DNA of 30,200 nt, from IMG/VR virus record IMGVR_UViG_3300048578_000182, positions 1 to 30,200 of that record; one strand, given 5' to 3'. The notes beneath the pieces were generated by a model that was given only the letters and a program-made list of their open reading frames with translations, was not told the DNA's origin and made no database searches. This stretch comes from a virus. Its lineage: Duplodnaviria; Caudoviricetes. The translations under genes were made by a program, and so were the position numbers. Shown piece after piece: positions 9,949-17,375 of the stretch; position 1 is the first letter of the stretch, and each line of letters begins with the position of its first letter.

Positions 9949-10187
9949 TGCTGATCAGGTTTGTTGGTGTGTTTTTCGGCAATAGTGAGTGCACTTTGCC
10001 CTAAGACTAAACCTGCAAAAATGTATGCAAGGTTCTCATTAACAGGGAAGTTAAAGAAGCTTACTATTGTCATTACAACCAGAACAAAAAAGGAAAGCAA
10101 CGAAATGAATCGTTTATGCGAAGTGTCGCTATTGCTGCTTAACATGTTAAACACAAACACTTTACCACTTAATAGTAATTTTTTCAT
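9945..10187 (-). CDS. Holin/antiholin-like membrane protein (80 aa, start revised to MKKLLL)
   Basis: Two hydrophobic helices; the ATG at 10187 lies 1 nt after the endolysin stop. Confidence 0.6.
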   Translation of the reverse strand: MKKLLLSGKVFVFNMLSSNSDTSHKRFISLLSFFVLVVMTIVSFFNFPVNENLAYIFAGLVLGQSALTIAEKHTNKPDQQ

Positions 10188-10188
10188 A

Positions 10189-10731
10189 TTATTGAATGAA
10201 TTTTTTAGCCAGTAATAAATAGTCCTTACGATCATCTAAACCATTAAGACCTCCATTGATTCGTTTTGTAATTGATACAACATCATCTTTATCTGCTAAT
10301 TCGTTTAGGTTATGCGATTGCCAATAATAAGCTGCTGATCGAACTGCATTTTCAGGAATAGTCAATAATTCAGGATGTTGAAGTAATCTTTCATCATTGA
10401 ACAGATGCAGGCTTACAGCTCTGTAATTTGATTTACCGGTAGTTTGAAAAATACCTCTACCCTTAAAGAACTCGCCGTCACCATCGTTTTCAGGAGTATT
10501 ACCTAAAGCCTTAGCCTTAGCACCAACATCATAATTAGCACCTGAAGCCAACTCGGTGAGATAATTGAATGAAGCTGTTTCATGAGCTGCTTGAGCAATA
10601 AAATGCTGTACTCTTAACGCCGTATTAATTTCGTATTCTGGTAGTATCTCGTTAAGACTTTGAATGAATACAGAGAGTCGAGCCTTTGTCTGAGTTGGAC
10701 AAATGCCTTTTAATTGCTGAATTGTAATCAT
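10189..10731 (-). CDS. Endolysin, glycoside hydrolase family 19
   Basis: FIAQAAHET, FKGRGIFQTTG.SNY, SAAYYW, ITKRINGGLNGL.DR motifs. Confidence 0.92.
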   Translation of the reverse strand: MITIQQLKGICPTQTKARLSVFIQSLNEILPEYEINTALRVQHFIAQAAHETASFNYLTELASGANYDVGAKAKALGNTPENDGDGEFFKGRGIFQTTGKSNYRAVSLHLFNDERLLQHPELLTIPENAVRSAAYYWQSHNLNELADKDDVVSITKRINGGLNGLDDRKDYLLLAKKFIQ

Positions 10732-10979
10732 GATTTTTTGCGTGTTTTGTGTTTAGTATGCAGCTTTTCGACAAAGGAGTAGATGGTACAGATACCAACA
10801 AGGATGGACACAAGCCAAGCTCCATTGCGCAACAATGTTTCAATAATTGAAATATTGGCTTGAAGCATGATAACCTTCGCATCGATAAGACTACCGGTAG
10901 CTGCACCGGTAAGGGTAGTGGCCAGTGATTTGACCGGGTTCATGACAATGTCAGTGAAGAATTCAATTATTTTCTGCAT
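10728..10979 (-). CDS. Putative holin
   Basis: 83 aa with hydrophobic segment(s) and a basic C-terminus (KHKTRKKS); ATGA overlap with the endolysin. Confidence 0.6.
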   Translation of the reverse strand: MQKIIEFFTDIVMNPVKSLATTLTGAATGSLIDAKVIMLQANISIIETLLRNGAWLVSILVGICTIYSFVEKLHTKHKTRKKS

Positions 10980-11001
10980 CGTTTAGCACGTTTTTATAGT
11001 G

Positions 11002-11037
11002 CTAAGATGCTAAAGGGTGGTTTGTGAAAAAAGGACA
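11002..11037 (-). promoter_or_regulatory. Late promoter motif, lysis/tail unit
   Basis: TGTCC-TTTTTTCACAAACCACCCTTTAG(23)-CATCTTAG, 22 nt before the holin ATG. Confidence 0.7.
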
Positions 11038-11057
11038 AGAAAATAGAAAGGAAATGT

Positions 11058-11065
11058 TATATTTG
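11058..11065 (+). promoter_or_regulatory. Bacteroidota -7 promoter element for the moron gene
   Basis: TATATTTG matches the TAnnTTTG consensus. Confidence 0.6.
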
Positions 11066-11096
11066 AAAAATGCAACATGTTAATAATAAAATAGAT

Positions 11097-11711
11097 ATGA
11101 TAAAAAATAATAAAGGTAATGGTAAAGTTAATACTGGTAGATTAACTGAAGTCGAAAGTAAAGATGTTCTATATCAAAATGTAAATATCTTTCTGTCAAA
11201 CTTAAAGAATAATGAAGGATCGTTACATCGTAGTGAACTAACGATCTTTTATAAAATGAGTGATAAATTACTTGATGATGTAGTTGATTTTTGCAAAAGA
11301 AAAGAATTAATTACAATAGAAGAAAAAGCAGGAATCTACTATGAGCTTACTAGCTTAGGTCATTCAATTTTTGAAAATTATAAAGGCAAAATAGAAAACT
11401 ATTTTTCTGAAATAAGTAAAATAGAAAAAGCCGAGAATACAAAAAAAATAAATGATGCAAAACTTTCAACTTGGCAAGTTCGAACGTTTTGGCCTTTATT
11501 CTTTCTTTCTATTTTTGGTGGTTGTTATTCTGCTTATACTTTCGGAGAACGATTATTAAAGGAACCTCAAGATAAGGCAATCAGTAAAGAAATTAGCAAA
11601 CAATTAAATTTCAAGCTAGATAGTATTGCTCAGTATCAAAAACAGATTGAAACGAACAAACTTGTAAATCAAAAACAGGATAAACAAGATGCTGAAATCT
11701 CAAAGAAGTAG
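11097..11711 (+). CDS. Moron: single-pass membrane protein of unknown function (start likely 11097, not 11070)
   Basis: Very AT-rich, on the strand opposite the late genes, with its own promoter. Possible wHTH-like N-terminus (..ELITIEEKAGIYYELTSLG), TM helix FWPLFFLSIFGGCYSAY and a coiled-coil tail. Confidence 0.75.
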   Translation: MIKNNKGNGKVNTGRLTEVESKDVLYQNVNIFLSNLKNNEGSLHRSELTIFYKMSDKLLDDVVDFCKRKELITIEEKAGIYYELTSLGHSIFENYKGKIENYFSEISKIEKAENTKKINDAKLSTWQVRTFWPLFFLSIFGGCYSAYTFGERLLKEPQDKAISKEISKQLNFKLDSIAQYQKQIETNKLVNQKQDKQDAEISKK

Positions 11712-11762
11712 GTTTTTCAATGGTTTCAATGTTTTTTGATACGTAAGAATAGCTACCTTCGC

Positions 11763-11905
11763 AACGCCAATTCATTAGATCGAACATTAATATGCCCATT
11801 TTCTCTTTGATATAGGGAACCGGGAAAAAACAGCAGCTTCGGCTGCTGTTTTGTTGGATTTGATGAATTGGCGTTTTTCATTTTCAATTTCCCGGTTCCC
11901 TTCTT
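11763..11905 (+). ncRNA. Putative structured RNA (pseudoknot or switch) with a cUUCGg hairpin
   Basis: -7-like TACCTTCG at 11754-11761. Pairings: 11763-11786/11852-11875 (with G-U), 11814-11827/11888-11901 (14 bp perfect) and hairpin 11827-11852. Confidence 0.7.
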
Positions 11906-12682
11906 TTAATAATTCCAAGTAAGCACCTCGACCTTTTTCTTACCTTTTCCTTTGTTTACTGACACATTCTGTTCGATAGTTTTCGTTTTCCACTTATGCT
12001 TTTTGATAAACTCATTGAGTTCGTTACTAGGGTAAGAGCTCAATAAAAATTTACCTTGAATTTTTGAAAGCGTATCGAGTAGATTGATAAAATCTTCGCG
12101 CGTATAACCATCGTAATGACCGCAATTTGAGTTAAAGTAAGGAGGATCGACATAGAAAAATGCATCCTTAGCATCGCGTGATTGAATAATACGAACAGCA
12201 TCGGTGCATTCTATCTGTACATCTTGTAAGCGATAAGCCAGTTCTTCGGAAAAAGCATCGCGTTTGTTACTTATCTTTTTTGACGTTGTACCCTTTTTTT
12301 TATCATATCCCCATGTTCCATCGAGCATACTTGAAAAACTTTGTGCAGCGAGGATCCAGACAGCCCAAGCACGTTTCAAATCTGAAAACATGTGCGGATT
12401 AGTATAGATCACTTCAGCATCGTGATGTAAGCGGCGCGAGTGTAACGATATACGAATCTCTTTTTCGAGCGAGATAAAATCGGTTTGAACGACCTTATAA
12501 AAGGTTATTAATTCGGCATTTGTGTCATTTAAGACCTCTACTGCAGATTTTTCTTTGGCGAAAAAAATTGCAGCTCCTCCACAAAACGGTTCGGCATAAA
12601 GATTATGAGCCGGAATTAACGGTAAAATTTCGGCGATAAGTTTTTGTTTACCGCCATAATACGTAATAGGTGTTTTCATCAC
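11906..12682 (-). CDS. Orphan DNA adenine methyltransferase (Dam/D12 class)
   Basis: YYGGKQKL, YAEPFCGGAA (motif I), LND, FYVDPPY (motif IV). No adjacent endonuclease. Start is GTG 12682 or ATG 12679. Confidence 0.92.
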   Translation of the reverse strand: MMKTPITYYGGKQKLIAEILPLIPAHNLYAEPFCGGAAIFFAKEKSAVEVLNDTNAELITFYKVVQTDFISLEKEIRISLHSRRLHHDAEVIYTNPHMFSDLKRAWAVWILAAQSFSSMLDGTWGYDKKKGTTSKKISNKRDAFSEELAYRLQDVQIECTDAVRIIQSRDAKDAFFYVDPPYFNSNCGHYDGYTREDFINLLDTLSKIQGKFLLSSYPSNELNEFIKKHKWKTKTIEQNVSVNKGKGKKKVEVLTWNY

Positions 12683-12728
12683 AGTGAATTTTATTTGTTT
12701 CCCCCATTTTCCCTGTGATTAATACTTA

Positions 12729-12914
12729 TTATTCCATTTTGTCTGGGAAGAACCGATACAGGTTCTTCTCAAAGAAACTATTGGCTTGCTCAAAGCCTTT
12801 GAAAAGCATCATAAAATCGGCAATTATTGCCAAAATGATTATCCATACCATGAAAAACAGCAGGATAAAGAACCATTTTATATACACAATTGCAGTTCGA
12901 ATTATTGTTTTCAT
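12729..12914 (-). CDS. Small membrane protein (61 aa, MKTIIRTAIV...)
   Basis: ATG at 12914 and a long hydrophobic helix. The longer TTG-start version in the track overlaps another small ORF. Confidence 0.45.
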   Translation of the reverse strand: MKTIIRTAIVYIKWFFILLFFMVWIIILAIIADFMMLFKGFEQANSFFEKNLYRFFPDKME

Positions 12915-12969
12915 AACCAGTTGTTTAAATAAAAGACAAACAAACCTACAACGAGATAAAGAGTACGCT

Positions 12970-13125
12970 TTAAGCTTGCTCTTTATAAATAAACTCATAA
13001 ATTTCAGTAGCATTGTTGATTGTGTTACTATCAAATTGATTGGATAGTAATGCTTTTTCAATACAGTATTTTCTTTTTTGCTCTTCGGTTTTGGCAAATA
13101 GCCATTTTTTTATTTTAGCCATCAT
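12970..13125 (-). CDS. Small hypothetical protein (51 aa), absent from the ORF track
   Basis: MMAKIKKWLFAKTEEQKRKYCIEKALLSNQFDSNTINNATEIYEFIYKEQA*. It starts 17 nt after the upstream gene stop, in operon orientation. Confidence 0.55.
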   Translation of the reverse strand: MMAKIKKWLFAKTEEQKRKYCIEKALLSNQFDSNTINNATEIYEFIYKEQA

Positions 13126-13142
13126 GTGTTCTAGGTATTATA

Positions 13143-13631
13143 TTATAACCAGTCGTTTTGATCGATTTTATAACTAAGCGTCTCGTTAACAGTGAAATTA
13201 ACCATAAACCCTTGTAGGTTATTAAACAGCTTTCCGGTTGAAGAAAAGCCAAAATCAGTCTCCAATGAATTAGTTCTGAATCCTTCACCTTCGGAGCTAT
13301 CATAGCGCATTTTTGCGGCAATCTTTCGGGCAATAGACTCAGCTTCGGCTTTGGCGTAAGCCGAATCAATAGTGCTTTGCGTATTAGCATTAACCAGTAC
13401 AGCAAATGAATAAAATCTGCGAGTTGCCGGGCAATCAACTTCGGCAGAATCGTTAGAACTGGGATCATCGATAGCAACCAGAGCCGGATACTTAGCTGTT
13501 GTGTTATTTGAGAACAACTGTACCATATTGTTGATACTATCGGCAACGAAGAACGATTTACGAGTCGGTGAGTTGGCTATAGCCTTAAGTTTAGTGGCTA
13601 TTTGCTCCATATATTTAATGTGATCGTACAT
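13143..13631 (-). CDS. Putative tail terminator / head-tail joining protein
   Basis: 162 aa; YPAL motif, size and position in the portal-adaptor operon. Confidence 0.5.
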   Translation of the reverse strand: MYDHIKYMEQIATKLKAIANSPTRKSFFVADSINNMVQLFSNNTTAKYPALVAIDDPSSNDSAEVDCPATRRFYSFAVLVNANTQSTIDSAYAKAEAESIARKIAAKMRYDSSEGEGFRTNSLETDFGFSSTGKLFNNLQGFMVNFTVNETLSYKIDQNDWL

Positions 13632-13632
13632 G

Positions 13633-14481
13633 CTATTCAGATTTTTCTTGATTTTCTAAAGCGGACTCAGTTGAATACAACGCATCCCACAATAAACCAT
13701 CGCGAACCATGTTTTTGCGTGTCATATCTCCCATTGCCAGTGAATTGATCATCTTATTCATCTCGTCATAAATGTTATGCTGAGTTGCGGTAGAGTTGCC
13801 ACTGAATGTCCTGATAAAACGTTCTCTTAAGTACAACAAAACGCCAGTGTAGAACCAGTATATCACCAGTTTATCTTCAGGTTTTAGATATTTTAAACGC
13901 CAATAGCCATTGTTGGCGACTTTTGAGGTTAATATGATGCGATCATCGCCATCGACCTTGCCTTTAGGTCGATAAAGGATACTCAACATTTTGTTTAATG
14001 AGTCATTATCTTTATTTCTAACGTATTCATATCTATACACTTCTATGAGTGAAAACTCATTCATGGTAAGGTTATACAAAATGTCTCCTGGCCCAAATAA
14101 AACCTTGTTAAATACCTTTATTCGAGGTAGTGGATTGTGAGTTAAGCCACTAGGCTCAATATATTTAAGCTGATTATCATCGAGTTCGTCTATTTCATTA
14201 AAAAGAAAATCAAAAGCTGAAGTGATTTCGGTAAAAACAGAAGCATCGATATTGAAACGTTTACGACCTTTTTGCACAATAAATGAAGTCGTTAAATCTT
14301 CATTAAAAAAAGGTTTACGAACACGCATGCCGGCACAATAAAGCAGCATCTTAAGCTTGATCTCGCCCTCACTGGAACCTTTAATACAGAGCCTTGCCAA
14401 AAATCGAAGCTGTTGAATAGACAACTCGCTCCAATATGAAGGAAGATTGATTTTGGTGCTGTTTAACTGTAACGTTTTCAT
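13633..14481 (-). CDS. Conserved phage protein (possible tail assembly chaperone)
   Basis: 282 aa; LPSYWSELS, GPGD.L.NLT..EF and ILYRP motifs; coupled to both neighbours. Confidence 0.5.
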   Translation of the reverse strand: MKTLQLNSTKINLPSYWSELSIQQLRFLARLCIKGSSEGEIKLKMLLYCAGMRVRKPFFNEDLTTSFIVQKGRKRFNIDASVFTEITSAFDFLFNEIDELDDNQLKYIEPSGLTHNPLPRIKVFNKVLFGPGDILYNLTMNEFSLIEVYRYEYVRNKDNDSLNKMLSILYRPKGKVDGDDRIILTSKVANNGYWRLKYLKPEDKLVIYWFYTGVLLYLRERFIRTFSGNSTATQHNIYDEMNKMINSLAMGDMTRKNMVRDGLLWDALYSTESALENQEKSE

Positions 14482-15332
14482 GGAATTGTATTGAAAAAGC
14501 TAAGGTTTGAATTATCTATTTCGACAGGAGGTACATATCCGGGAAAATCTTCGGGATTGCCTCGTAAACAGGCTAAAAGTGAGTTTGTTGCCTGTTCTAT
14601 ACGAGCGTGATACGATTGCATCGACAGTTCTTCAACCGCAACATGATACGCGACAATACAACGACAGTGATAGATCGCATTTCTAATGTTTAATGTTGCC
14701 GCAACGTTATAAAGCTGCTGTTGTAGAAATTGAACAACTTCAACACCAATAATTTCGGCAAGAACAGTGCTTTCAATGCGTTCAATAGCCGGTTTTAAGT
14801 TATTGAATTGAAAAGGAGCATTAGTAAGCAATATAAATCGAGTTAACTCGTCAGCATAGTTGAAAAAATGAGCTAGTAGGTTGTCTGATACCTTCCATTC
14901 CGGGTAATGTGAAGCATTAGCAGTTAAGAAACGGCTAAGAGACTCTAACTCAAAATATCCACGATTATAAAGGGCTGTTTTGAGTGCTGCTAGTTTTTCG
15001 TCAGAAACAGGAGCTACATTTTCGGTTCTTGTAACCGAAATACCCATTCCGGAAACAACAACGGCGAGTTCTTGCGCAATTTCGGCAATCTGAAAAGGCC
15101 AGAACGCTCTTAAAATTCGCAATCTGAGTTTTTCGAGTATTGTATCAGGTGTTTCTTCGCGAACAAGGCAATAATCCTCAATATGATCGAGAATCGTTTG
15201 CCCGAGCACTGGTAACAAGTATTTTTCAATTGTGCTATCAATTCCGAACGTAAATTCCGAAACGTCAGTGGTATCGGAAGAACAACGGATATGATTTCTT
15301 AAATCTTCGATGTTTGATACTAAATTGCTCAT
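14478..15332 (-). CDS. Putative head-tail adaptor (DUF6712-like)
   Basis: 284 aa immediately after the portal; YLLPVLG, SGMGI and YPEW motifs. Confidence 0.55.
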   Translation of the reverse strand: MSNLVSNIEDLRNHIRCSSDTTDVSEFTFGIDSTIEKYLLPVLGQTILDHIEDYCLVREETPDTILEKLRLRILRAFWPFQIAEIAQELAVVVSGMGISVTRTENVAPVSDEKLAALKTALYNRGYFELESLSRFLTANASHYPEWKVSDNLLAHFFNYADELTRFILLTNAPFQFNNLKPAIERIESTVLAEIIGVEVVQFLQQQLYNVAATLNIRNAIYHCRCIVAYHVAVEELSMQSYHARIEQATNSLLACLRGNPEDFPGYVPPVEIDNSNLSFFNTIP

Positions 15333-16723
15333 TATGATATAGTTTTTTTAGAACCAGTTCCCTGATCGAGGGTAGTGAGTTCGATGTTTGGAATAGTGAA
15401 ATAGATGTTGGAAGGCCATTTATTAAAGGCTTTTATGACGTATAAAGGAGTGAGTAAGGCTTCGCGAATTGGTGACATCATTGCTTGTTTTATGATAAAG
15501 AGCTCGCGAGCTTCAGTGCCATTTATGCTCTTAGACTTACCCGGAGCAGAACCTATTAAAGAGCTATGATTGCCAAAAGCAAAAGCAGTTATATTGCTTA
15601 CTTCTTCTGAATCCTCGATATATTCGCCTCCCTTGTGCTCGCTCTCAATTGGCGTGATGGTGATGTAAGATATAGCTTTACCATCGTTACCGATTTTCAT
15701 TTTAGAGACAAATCCGCGACCTGCATTTTCGTCGCCGCCCAGATATTTGTTGAGGTTGTCAAAGAATTTCTTTCGTGAGGCTTTTTGTTTAGTAGTATTA
15801 TCGGCAGCATCTTCAGCATACCAATCTTTCCAAAATTCATCTGCTACCTGTACATGATACTTTATAGCCATCATGTTAGTCAATAGAGCTTTTTTAAAGC
15901 GTGGGATCGCAACAGCAAAATCGTACCAACCCGACTCAATGATACACCACCACCAAGGCTTTTGATAATAGAAACGTCCGGGAGTTGGAATATTGACAGG
16001 ACACGCCCATTTAGGCTCCTTTAAATCAATATTCTTACCTTCTTTATTAGGTAAGCGACCTGAACGAACCTTTAAGTCATATACAGGCGATTCATCATCG
16101 AGTAAAGGAATAATAGAAAGATCATCGTTTTGACTATTTACCCAACCTGTTGAATAACCTAGCCATTCGATATTGCCTGTCTTAACATTGATTTTTGAAA
16201 GCCTGCTATATGTAGCTTCGAGGTGACGTAAGCGTACGATCTTAGTACGCTCGCGATTGGGAATAAGCTCAGACCATGCATTTGAGAATGCAGCAATATC
16301 TGCAGACGAATTATATAGATAGCGGTTAAGGTTATTATTCTCTAAGAACTCATTGATTTCGGTGTTGGTCAAACACGGCTTTACTACTATCTTACCCGTT
16401 GCATCTACTTCGCGTGTTACAGGCATTATCCCCTGACCATACGACATTAAGATGTTAAAGCTCACATTAGGAGCTACATACACATTCTTATATACGCGAT
16501 TAAGAATCTTATTAGGTAGGTCGTTCTCTTCGCCCCAATAAACAAAATCAACTGATTTCTTCTTATCTGTCTTTGTTACAGTCCTTATATCAGCACTATC
16601 CGTTGTTATACCTGTGTTGTCTGATAGAGTAACAACAGCACTACTACCCTCTAGGAAGGCAGAAGACCCGAAGTCGAATATAACTCCATGATCTGTATCA
16701 TACTGACTATAACCTTTCTTCAT
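15332..16723 (-). CDS. Portal protein
   Basis: 463 aa; WGEENDLP, PTPGRFYYQKPWW and LGGDENAG motifs typical of PBSX-like portals of Bacteroidota phages. Confidence 0.8.
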   Translation of the reverse strand: MKKGYSQYDTDHGVIFDFGSSAFLEGSSAVVTLSDNTGITTDSADIRTVTKTDKKKSVDFVYWGEENDLPNKILNRVYKNVYVAPNVSFNILMSYGQGIMPVTREVDATGKIVVKPCLTNTEINEFLENNNLNRYLYNSSADIAAFSNAWSELIPNRERTKIVRLRHLEATYSRLSKINVKTGNIEWLGYSTGWVNSQNDDLSIIPLLDDESPVYDLKVRSGRLPNKEGKNIDLKEPKWACPVNIPTPGRFYYQKPWWWCIIESGWYDFAVAIPRFKKALLTNMMAIKYHVQVADEFWKDWYAEDAADNTTKQKASRKKFFDNLNKYLGGDENAGRGFVSKMKIGNDGKAISYITITPIESEHKGGEYIEDSEEVSNITAFAFGNHSSLIGSAPGKSKSINGTEARELFIIKQAMMSPIREALLTPLYVIKAFNKWPSNIYFTIPNIELTTLDQGTGSKKTIS

Positions 16724-16971
16724 AAGTATATCTTAATCTCATTTATTTTAAAGACTAATATTCGCTTGATCTTACGTACCTCACGACTATCTATGTATAA
16801 GATATTCATTGTTCTACCATTACTGAACCATGATGTAACAACAACGTTTGAGGCTTTTACAAGCTGACCATTCTTCTTTCTGTATGTAATTGAAAAAGGA
16901 ATTGGCGCACCGTTGGTATCCTTAGCAGAAACCAAAAGCTGCAATCGAGAAGCGTGCATCATCTTACTCAT
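16720..16971 (-). CDS. Small basic hypothetical phage protein
   Basis: 83 aa (FSITYRKKNG...EVRKI), first gene after the late promoter, ATGA-coupled to the portal. Confidence 0.7.
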   Translation of the reverse strand: MSKMMHASRLQLLVSAKDTNGAPIPFSITYRKKNGQLVKASNVVVTSWFSNGRTMNILYIDSREVRKIKRILVFKINEIKIYL

Positions 16972-16988
16972 GAGTAGAACATTTGTAA

Positions 16989-17024
16989 CGAAAGTACCTT
17001 GCAGGCTTATGTTAAAAAAGGACA
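16989..17024 (-). promoter_or_regulatory. Late promoter motif, portal unit
   Basis: TGTCC-TTTTTTAACATAAGCCTGCAAGG(23)-TACTTTCG, 17 nt before the ATG. Confidence 0.75.
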
Positions 17025-17046
17025 GTGATTTGCATTATCTTTGCCG

Positions 17047-17112
17047 TGTCTTCGGACAGAATGATTAAAGTTAGAGCCTGCATGGAATTAAGGAGCCGTG
17101 CAGGCTTTTTTA
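17047..17112 (+). ncRNA. Putative ~65-nt small RNA
   Basis: Consensus -7 TATCTTTG (17036-17043), 5' hairpin TGTC-TTCG-GACA, terminator stem 17075-17085/17096-17106 followed by a T-run. Confidence 0.6.
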
Positions 17113-17115
17113 TTG

Positions 17116-17260
17116 TATAAAACTGATACACAGCAGCATATATGGGTATTTTAAAAGTTGCGTTCGCAACTTTCGAGCAGGGCGGAGCGGGGTCAACAGA
17201 GACAAAAGTGCAGAGATTTGCCGTATATAAAGAGCTATTAATCTAACTATCAGTTAGTTG
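17116..17260. other. Candidate cos (packaging) region
   Basis: GC-rich GGCGGAGCGGGG (17181-17192) midway between inverted IHF-like sites (17116-17128 and 17248-17260), with a 9-bp palindrome at 17154-17173; lies between terL and the portal operon. Confidence 0.55.
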
Positions 17261-17302
17261 CATTTTTAAAAACTGCAAAGAGCTGCGAAAACAAAAAACA
17301 GC

Positions 17303-17339
17303 AAAAAAAATACCCAGTTGAAAATGAATCAACCGGGTA
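17303..17339 (-). terminator. Rho-independent terminator after terL
   Basis: Minus strand TACCCGGTTGA-loop-TCAACTGGGTA-T8. Confidence 0.8.
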
Positions 17340-17375
17340 CAAACCAACAACACACTAACAACAAACAATCTGCTT

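Noticed and set aside
9479-10215. Plus-strand hydrophobic ORFs in the lysis cassette
   Set aside because: They are antisense shadows of Lys/Thr-rich genes, with no promoter or start context.
10652-10906. Overlapping ORF as an embedded Rz1-like or antiholin gene
   Set aside because: No lipobox at a plausible position and no TM pattern; spanin function is already explained by 9460-9948.
11611-11799. 62-aa minus-strand ORF as a type I toxin paired with the structured RNA
   Set aside because: It is not hydrophobic, starts at a non-ATG codon, and overlaps the moron gene antisense.
12715-13097. Track ORFs 12715-13047 (+) and the long form of 12729-13097 (-)
   Set aside because: They have GTG/TTG starts and overlap. 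The region is better explained by two ATG-initiated minus-strand ORFs (12970-13125 and 12729-12914).
13115-13546. 143-aa alternative-frame ORF
   Set aside because: It lies almost entirely within the 162-aa gene that is coupled to its upstream neighbour, and has no recognisable motifs.
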